From a virus (lineage: Duplodnaviria; Caudoviricetes), in IMG/VR virus record IMGVR_UViG_3300021399_000154, positions 5,547 through 69,546 of that record: 64,000 nucleotides of DNA; one strand, given 5' to 3'. Made by a program: the position numbers and the translations under genes. Positions 1 through 5,704 of the stretch are shown here, one piece after another (within the stretch, counting starts at the first letter, position 1; each line of letters opens with the position of its first letter). The notes below the pieces were generated by a model, which was not told the origin of the DNA, ran no database searches, and worked only from the letters and a program-made list of their open reading frames with translations.

Positions 1-69
1 CATGAACAAAGGAGCAAGGAAGAATCCAATAATGATCGCAATGACATCATCCATAACCTTATTCTTCAT
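1..69 (-). CDS. Small membrane protein, N-terminal part (runs off window)
   Basis: ATG at 69 with AGAAAGG RBS; MKNKVMDDVIAIIIGFFLAPLFM has a hydrophobic stretch; lies downstream of promoter 118-146. Confidence 0.6.
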   Translation of the reverse strand, partial: MKNKVMDDVIAIIIGFFLAPLFM

Positions 70-117
70 AGTGTTGCCTTTCTGGTTTGAGTTGTTTTCC
101 TTCAACTTTGTGAGTAC

Positions 118-173
118 ATTATAGCATGACTATAGTTACTTGTCAACATCTTTCTTTAGATGTTTAACATTTA
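118..173 (-). promoter_or_regulatory. sigmaA promoter plus upstream palindromic operator (copy 1, one mismatch)
   Basis: TTGACA(141-146)-17 bp-TATAAT(118-123) with extended TG; TAGATGT-TTA-ACATTTA at 157-173. Confidence 0.9.
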
Positions 174-183
174 ATATATATAT

Positions 184-205
184 AATAGACCTGTTAAGGT
201 CTATT
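184..205 (-). terminator. Hairpin over stop codon
   Basis: AATAGACCT-GTTA-AGGTCTATT; TAA of the 194-370 ORF is in the loop; no classical U-tract. Confidence 0.55.
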
Positions 206-370
206 GTACATTACTACGGTTTTTTCTGTCTGCCAGTCATATACACAGATCGCTATACAGTCTTCATCCATCCAGTAGATGCTAACCGCATTGAGTGCTC
301 GCATAAGATCATTAGTGATTTCTGTCTTGTTGGCATCTGCATAAGTTGTGATAATCTGATAACGTGCCAT
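194..370 (-). CDS. Early hypothetical protein (58 aa)
   Basis: MARYQIITTY...; AGGAG RBS; the ORF-track start at 430 lies within the promoter. Confidence 0.7.
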   Translation of the reverse strand: MARYQIITTYADANKTEITNDLMRALNAVSIYWMDEDCIAICVYDWQTEKTVVMYNRP

Positions 371-400
371 ACTTTCGTTTCTCCTATCCTTTGATGGATT

Positions 401-457
401 AAGTATACTACACTTCATGTAGTTTGTCAATGACTATTTTTAGATGTTTAACATCTA
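401..457 (-). promoter_or_regulatory. sigmaA promoter plus operator (copy 2)
   Basis: TTGACA(425-430)-18 bp-TATACT(401-406); TAGATGT-TTA-ACATCTA at 441-457. Confidence 0.85.
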
Positions 458-465
458 AGTTTTCT

Positions 466-484
466 TTGGCGCTTTATGCGCCAA
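466..484 (-). terminator. Hairpin over stop codon
   Basis: TTGGCGC-TTTAT-GCGCCAA; TAA 474-476 in the loop; no U-tract. Confidence 0.45.
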
Positions 485-938
485 GAATAAGCCTTTTTAA
501 TACCGTCATTATTTCTTTCGGCATATATGCTTTACCTGTCCATACTAAACGATTATACGCTTCATCATCAAAAAGAATATCGTCATCGGTATGTCTATAT
601 CCATGCTTGGCCCAACCATAATTAACAATTTTGATTTCATCCCACGTTACTGACGGTAAATGCCGATTCAGCCACGCTAACTTCGTCTGTGTGACTTCTT
701 TGTTATAGCTCCATGAACCACTTTTACTTGTCCAGCTGATAATCCCGATGCCGTACCCAGCAGCTTGTACACGATGAAGCAGCTTTGCCAGCTGGCTCAT
801 ATGTACCAGCGGCCTTGCTTGTGCGTATGGTGTAGTATCTTCTGCCATGAGCATCCCAAGCCAACCTTCGACGCCATAAAGGTCCGCAATAGTGCCGTCC
901 ATGTCAAACCAGACCATTTTTTTGACCATTTTTTCCAT
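474..938 (-). CDS. HAD-superfamily 5'(3')-deoxyribonucleotidase-like phosphatase
   Basis: Motif I WFDMDGT, motif II IISWT, motif IV ILFDDE; AAGGAG RBS before ATG 938. Confidence 0.8.
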   Translation of the reverse strand: MEKMVKKMVWFDMDGTIADLYGVEGWLGMLMAEDTTPYAQARPLVHMSQLAKLLHRVQAAGYGIGIISWTSKSGSWSYNKEVTQTKLAWLNRHLPSVTWDEIKIVNYGWAKHGYRHTDDDILFDDEAYNRLVWTGKAYMPKEIMTVLKRLILGA

Positions 939-975
939 TGTCCTAACTCCTTCCTTGTTCCCTTTGAACATGCTT

Positions 976-1031
976 AGTATACCATAGAATTAACCGCTTG
1001 TCAATAGAACAATTTAGATGTTTAACATCTA
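976..1031 (-). promoter_or_regulatory. sigmaA promoter plus operator (copy 3)
   Basis: TTGACA(999-1004)-17-TATACT(976-981) with TG; palindrome 1015-1031. Confidence 0.9.
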
Positions 1032-1038
1032 AAAAATA

Positions 1039-1062
1039 CGCAAGGGTTTTTCAACCCTTGCG
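1039..1062 (-). terminator. Intrinsic terminator over stop codon
   Basis: CGCAAGGGTT-TTTC-AACCCTTGCG followed by TATTTTTT on the minus strand. Confidence 0.8.
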
Positions 1063-1206
1063 CATCTCGATAGAAAAATCATCATAATCAAAACCACGTT
1101 CTTTACAGTCAGCAATAATAGCCGCCTTTTGCCGTAAAGCCTCTTCACGCGTTTCGACCAAATCGCCCCACTGAAAACCGAAACCATCAACCACGACGTA
1201 ATACAT
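1051..1206 (-). CDS. Early hypothetical protein (51 aa)
   Basis: MYYVVVDGFG...; AGGAGGT RBS; the longer ORF-track version spans a promoter and operator. Confidence 0.75.
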   Translation of the reverse strand: MYYVVVDGFGFQWGDLVETREEALRQKAAIIADCKERGFDYDDFSIEMRKG

Positions 1207-1236
1207 TGTGGGTACCTCCTGTCTTTTGATGTAATC

Positions 1237-1292
1237 AGTATACCATATTTTGCCGTTTTGGTCAATCCTATAATTTAGATGTTTGACATCTA
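1237..1292 (-). promoter_or_regulatory. sigmaA promoter plus operator (copy 4)
   Basis: TTGACC(1260-1265)-17-TATACT(1237-1242) with TG; TAGATGT-TTG-ACATCTA 1276-1292. Confidence 0.9.
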
Positions 1293-1310
1293 AAAAGATA
1301 AAATAAAAAA

Positions 1311-1329
1311 ATGGCGCTTTTAGCGCCAT
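1311..1329 (-). terminator. Intrinsic terminator over stop codon
   Basis: ATGGCGCT-TTT-AGCGCCAT followed by TTTTTTATTTT on the minus strand. Confidence 0.8.
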
Positions 1330-1652
1330 ATGGTTTTACCATTTCTGACATAACGATTTTGATTATATATCACTTTGTCCCATAATTCTTCTGGTATATT
1401 CATCCTGCCATTATAAACCCTGACTAACTCGTTAATGGTAGTTACATAAATTGTAATAATTTTTTGCTTGTCTTGCGATTTTACTACCGTTATACCCGTA
1501 TTTGTTATACATACATATTTAAACTTGAATCTTGCGTTTGAAGAGCATTCAAGCCGTTCCTGCACGATATTCCCTAAGCCAATTTCTGTGATAATACGCT
1601 GCACCCTCTCGAAGCGGTCATTGGCACAATGGCTTGTCATCGTGGCGTTCAT
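1320..1652 (-). CDS. Early hypothetical protein (110 aa)
   Basis: Intact ORF, GGGAGGT RBS, own promoter. Confidence 0.8.
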   Translation of the reverse strand: MNATMTSHCANDRFERVQRIITEIGLGNIVQERLECSSNARFKFKYVCITNTGITVVKSQDKQKIITIYVTTINELVRVYNGRMNIPEELWDKVIYNQNRYVRNGKTIWR

Positions 1653-1681
1653 GGTGAAACCTCCCTTGCTTTTCTGAATAT

Positions 1682-1737
1682 AGTATAGCAGAAAAAATAA
1701 AAGTTGTCAATAGATAATTTTAGATGTTTGACATCTA
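1682..1737 (-). promoter_or_regulatory. sigmaA promoter plus operator (copy 5)
   Basis: TTGACA(1705-1710)-17-TATACT(1682-1687) with TG; palindrome 1721-1737. Confidence 0.9.
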
Positions 1738-1746
1738 AAAATTATA

Positions 1747-1772
1747 TGGTGTACTGCCTTAGCAATACACCA
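1747..1772 (-). terminator. Imperfect hairpin over stop codon
   Basis: TGGTGTA-C-TGC-CTTA-GCA-A-TACACCA; TAA 1759-1761 in the loop. Confidence 0.5.
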
Positions 1773-2061
1773 GAGACATATCAGCCCATTTGAGTACGGA
1801 AATCTGATTGTACTTCTTGCCGTCCGCAAGCGCTTGCTTTTTCGTATTGACTCGATAGCTGTGATCCACATAATAGATTCCATCGCTGTACCAGATTCCA
1901 CAATTCCCGTTCATATCCTGAACAGCCTGTAGAGCTTCCTGCACATTGCAGCATTCTACACCATAATCCGCAACCTGATAACCCGTCTTATAGGTTATCT
2001 CTTTGTAGTCCTTTAAGGTCATGCCGTCGTTGTTCTTGAGTGCTTCTAACTTTTCTTTCAT
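1759..2061 (-). CDS. Early hypothetical protein (100 aa), possibly SAM-lyase/DUF3293-like fold
   Basis: GGAG RBS before ATG 2061; C-terminal pattern G-x-W...D-x-S...AL...Y-N-Q-x-S-V-L; the fold call is tentative. Confidence 0.7.
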   Translation of the reverse strand: MKEKLEALKNNDGMTLKDYKEITYKTGYQVADYGVECCNVQEALQAVQDMNGNCGIWYSDGIYYVDHSYRVNTKKQALADGKKYNQISVLKWADMSLVYC

Positions 2062-2090
2062 GGTAGTAGCTCCATTCATTTGATGGTTTT

Positions 2091-2146
2091 ATTATAGCAT
2101 ACAGCTCACAGATTGTCAAGCATAATTTTTAGATGTTTGACATCTA
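2091..2146 (-). promoter_or_regulatory. sigmaA promoter plus operator (copy 6)
   Basis: TTGACA(2114-2119)-17-TATAAT(2091-2096) with TG; palindrome 2130-2146. Confidence 0.9.
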
Positions 2147-2160
2147 AATTTTGTGCGAGG

Positions 2161-2184
2161 AAGTGAGAGCTTTTGCTCTCACTT
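2161..2184 (-). terminator. Hairpin overlapping stop codon
   Basis: AAGTGAGAGC-TTTT-GCTCTCACTT; TGA 2179-2181 in the stem; no U-tract. Confidence 0.5.
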
Positions 2185-2463
2185 TCCCCATTCAAGGTTC
2201 CAGTCGTAGTCGTACAGGGTTCCATCGTCCATTGCCCACTCATTGATTCGATACATCCGGCGCCGAAACTGTTCGAGAATGTGCTGAGCTTGTAGAGCTC
2301 TTGCCGGACATTCCAGCGTGATTTTGTCCGCCCTGCGTTCCGTCACTTTCATTCCTTCCCAGTTGATCATAGCTCTCACGCTCTTGTTCGCAATCCGTTC
2401 AGCAGTCAGCAGAATCTGCTGGTTGTCGTTGTAGGCATAAACCGTGATTGTCATTGTTTTCAT
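2179..2463 (-). CDS. Early hypothetical protein (~91-94 aa)
   Basis: AAGGAGG RBS; start at 2454 fits the RBS spacing better; no promoter of its own. Confidence 0.75.
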   Translation of the reverse strand: MKTMTITVYAYNDNQQILLTAERIANKSVRAMINWEGMKVTERRADKITLECPARALQAQHILEQFRRRMYRINEWAMDDGTLYDYDWNLEWGK

Positions 2464-2485
2464 CCTCCTTATTTTTCGTTTGACG

Positions 2486-2510
2486 GTTCAAGGGCTTTTA
2501 GCCCTTGAAC
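2486..2510 (-). other. Hairpin over stop codon (terminator or RNA-processing/stability element)
   Basis: GTTCAAGGGC-TTTTA-GCCCTTGAAC; TAA 2498-2500 in the loop; no U-tract, so read-through to the next gene is likely. Confidence 0.55.
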
Positions 2511-3148
2511 TCGTCCTTATCCATGATAGAGTAGTTTGGGTTCTGGCGCTTGACCAATTCCGCAACCCACACATAACGCTTATAGCTGAGCTTGACGGGC
2601 TGGAGCTGGAGCTGATGCTTTGCAGGCTTATAGCTGAACCAGCACTTGAGGCCCTTATCGCTGTAGCTTGCCAGATATTCCAGCAGGTCCGCGAGAGGCA
2701 GGACAATTTTATACTCGTCTTTGAACGGTTCCCAGTGGTACTCAATGCCTTTTTTTGCCTGCAGGAACAGCTTGTCCCAGCACTCTTGTTCATTACAACC
2801 ATACGCCCATTGCGCAAACCCTGTCTTGTGTTCGATTCGGACTTGTCCGATTCGCTGATCGTCCAGCTTGACACTGCGACAACGTACATCATGCAGATAC
2901 ATCCGGCTCTGATGGGCAAGCGCGTATTCTACACGCTCCATAACTTCATTGCGCTTGCCATATGAACCGGTAGAACCCATTGCGTCCTGTTCGTCCAGCT
3001 CGTCCAGATAGTTGTCCAGCTCCATCATAATCAGGTCTTCATTCGATGTACGGACGGCATACCAGTCTTCATAATGCTGTTCCCGCATCGCTTGCAAGTC
3101 CTCCCGAGTTTCAATTTCATAAACCCTGCCGTTTACCTTGACTGTCAT
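2498..3148 (-). CDS. Early protein (216 aa), possible PD-(D/E)xK nuclease-like
   Basis: CGGAGGT RBS before MTVKVNG; D-x7-E-H-K-T-G pattern; visibly GC-richer codons; function tentative. Confidence 0.7.
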   Translation of the reverse strand: MTVKVNGRVYEIETREDLQAMREQHYEDWYAVRTSNEDLIMMELDNYLDELDEQDAMGSTGSYGKRNEVMERVEYALAHQSRMYLHDVRCRSVKLDDQRIGQVRIEHKTGFAQWAYGCNEQECWDKLFLQAKKGIEYHWEPFKDEYKIVLPLADLLEYLASYSDKGLKCWFSYKPAKHQLQLQPVKLSYKRYVWVAELVKRQNPNYSIMDKDEFKG

Positions 3149-3191
3149 TGTTTTGACCTCCGTTCTGTTTTTTCCCTCTCGGGATGCCCCT

Positions 3192-3220
3192 ATTATAAAC
3201 GATATTCCCCCTCTTGTCAA
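3192..3220 (-). promoter_or_regulatory. sigmaA promoter without operator
   Basis: TTGACA(3215-3220)-17-TATAAT(3192-3197). Confidence 0.85.
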
Positions 3221-3348
3221 CCCTAAAATATGAAAAAAGTGTGAATAAAATGTTAATAAATTATGAACAATACAAAGTGGGGCGGGATACATACAGGAAC
3301 AGCCCAGACAGCCTGATTTTTATTTTCGCGGATATCCACATTCTCCAC

Positions 3349-3418
3349 CAACTTTTTTATTTCCAAACTTTTTTATTTTCAACTTTTTATTTTTCAACTT
3401 TTTTATTTTCAACTTTTA
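3349..3418. repeat. Five tandem ~15-bp T-tract repeats (AACTTTTTTATTTTC)
   Basis: Units begin near 3349, 3364, 3380, 3395 and 3410, between the divergent modules. Confidence 0.85.
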
Positions 3419-3431
3419 CCTTGTTAAATAC

Positions 3432-3460
3432 TTGACAAAATTAAAAAAATATGCTAATAT
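3432..3460 (+). promoter_or_regulatory. sigmaA-like promoter of the packaging operon
   Basis: TTGACA-17-TAATAT with extended TG. Confidence 0.7.
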
Positions 3461-3501
3461 ATACATGAAGGGATCCTATAACCTCGAGGTGATTACATGT
3501 A

Positions 3502-4830
3502 ATGAAACGAAACTACTCATTAGATTATTCTATATAGCGCGACATAGATCGTGTCGCCGCTGTAACTGATATATTAGATAAATTAGAAAAAAATCCTTCT
3601 CCCGCTTAGCTAGACCAAATGGGTTCATACATCCTATACGGTAAAGATGAAAATGGTTTAAACGCAGCGAAGCGTGGCGAAATTATGACAAATAATACAA
3701 GGTACCAAAATTATAGAAAGAAAGAAGATAAGAATTTATCCCTAGATGAGATATTAGAGAATCCGCTAGCGGACGAACAATCGTTAAAAAATATCACAGA
3801 AAAGCGCACATATACCGCACCAAAACCAACCATTGCGCGGCCCCGTTACGACCGTGCTGGCAACCTAATTGACGCCGGCGATAGCGATGTGCCCGGCATG
3901 ACAGAACTTTGGTAGTCCATTGACCGCCTTGAAAAAGTTATTGCGACCTACAAAGGCCAACTAGCGGCAGACGAAGATACTCCTCAACTTGCTAGCGATT
4001 ATCGCCTCTACCAATTAAAGCATTGGTTAATTGACCTGCGGCGTCATCAATACTATTTGAAAGATGCCTACAAACCAACTCTCCATTTCGCCTCTATCGC
4101 GCCGCCTCACGCGCAATTCATAGATTGGTCACAAGATTGCGCCTATTGGATTACGAAGGAAGAATGGGAACATAAGATACAGACTTCTTTACTGCGCCAT
4201 TTTTCCACCAATCTTAAAGACTATGAGACAAAGGAAGTAGAGGGGGAGTTACTTATAAAGTGGGTGGTGCGGCGGCACACATTCGATTGGTAGAACTATA
4301 AGCATGTCGCGGCCCTAATTAATAATTATGATTTATTATATGACACATTCCGGACTCGTATAGAAACATACGGGCGTACCTTTATATTTGATTTTGAGCG
4401 CTATCGCTAGCTTGCTAATCTTACAGAAGTTCAAGACTACCTATTAACAAAAAAAATTCAGCATGTACCCTATGATGAGATTTTGCGCGATCTGCGGCAA
4501 AACTATGATTTAGTATATAATTAGAATCATTTAAGTGTTATTTTCGCGCAAGCTATTCCAAAAGCTTTCGCGCTCGCGGCTAAAAAACAACGTCTTATAG
4601 TAGATACCCCAGCAGACCAATGGAAGCAATGCTTCCGTTGCGGTAAAAAATTTCCAAGGCATCCTGTATTTTTTGGATACAATGCCGGCAGAAGAGATGG
4701 GTTTGCTTCTAACTGTAAAGAATGTGAGCGGCTAAGGCGAATTTCTAAAGGAGGGCAAACATTATATGATAGACGAAGAAAAGATAACTTCGCGCAAATG
4801 TCTGCGGTGCAAGCAAACAAAAACACTTGA
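3502..4830 (+). CDS. Conserved phage protein (442 aa) with putative HTH and C-terminal Cys4 zinc finger; 6 in-frame TAG
   Basis: One frame ATG 3502 to TGA 4830 with TAG at 3535, 3607, 3913, 4291, 4408 and 4522; CFRC...CKEC. Confidence 0.8.
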
Positions 4831-5704
4831 TAATTTTGCGCGCACACCTTCTAAATTTTTCCCTAACCATCGCTCTTTAATTTGTACGAGTTGTTTAGAA
4901 GTAATGGTGCCGCAGGATAATTTAGGAGAAGTTGATAGACTTTGCCGCTACCTAGATGTGCCATTTGATTTAAATAAATGGACTAGCTTATATGAGATAC
5001 ATAAAGATCATACATTAACGGCTTATTTTAATTTGTTATTAGATGACCATTATCAAGCTCTACAGTGGACAGATGAAAATAAGCGTTGGCACTTAGCACA
5101 GCAAGAACAAACAATTGATGATTAGGTTGAGGCTTTAAGTGCGGCTAAATGGCGGCAATTAAAGCAAGATTGGTCCTCTTCTTATACCAAATAGGAGTTA
5201 CTTTGGCTCGACAATTATTATAATCAAATTGTTAGTACTCAAAATGTCTCAACTCCTATTCTTCAGAATTATGCGCGTGATTTATGTGAAATTGAGTTGC
5301 GCATTAAAAAAGGTTTGCGCTCAGATGTAGATGTAAAAAAAGATATGGACGCGCGCGACAATATTATTAAGATAGCTAAATTTGAAGCCTCTAATGCGAA
5401 ATCTGCGGCGGACTTTTAGTCAGTGGGTGAATTAATGGTCTATTATGGCAAAAAGGGATGGCATCCTAACTGGCATACTGAACCGCAAGACTCAATTGAT
5501 TTTATGATGGAAAATATTCAAAACTACTTGCAGCGGCTAGTACGAAATGAGGGAAATTTTGCAGAGCAAGTTGAAGATAAAAAAGCACGTTATAATATGA
5601 CGGAGCGCTTAGAAGAAATTGAGAACGAAGCGCTTGAAGACGACGGAAATGATAATATTGAATACGAAGGGGGAGATGAATTAGAGGAGGAATTGGATGA
5701 ATGA
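4766..5704 (+). CDS. Putative terminase small subunit (312 aa), TAG read-through
   Basis: N-terminal CLRC...CTSC zinc finger, acidic tail, directly upstream of the large terminase; joins fragments 4766 and 5423. Confidence 0.55.

Noticed and set aside
1283-1312. TTGACA inside the palindrome as a plus-strand promoter
   Set aside because: No -10 element at 16-18 bp in the copies checked, and three copies read TTAACA.
157-2146. Palindromic repeats as a CRISPR array or integron attC sites
   Set aside because: Spacing is irregular (about 260-570 bp) with whole genes between copies. There are no cas or integrase genes and no GTTRRRY core, and the repeats are phased to promoters.
2444-2965. Plus-strand 173-aa ORF and other antisense ORFs (e.g. 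35304-35756, 12684-12926, 50395-50682)
   Set aside because: These are shadows of well-supported opposite-strand genes, with no RBS or recognisable motifs.
3238-3270. Possible Rex/CcpA-like box (GTGAATAAAATGTTAATAAATTATGAAC)
   Set aside because: Only a half-site match in very AT-rich DNA.
3481-3490. Perfect palindrome ACCTCGAGGT overlapping the SD of the first late gene
   Set aside because: Single 10-bp occurrence with no room for a loop; could be chance.
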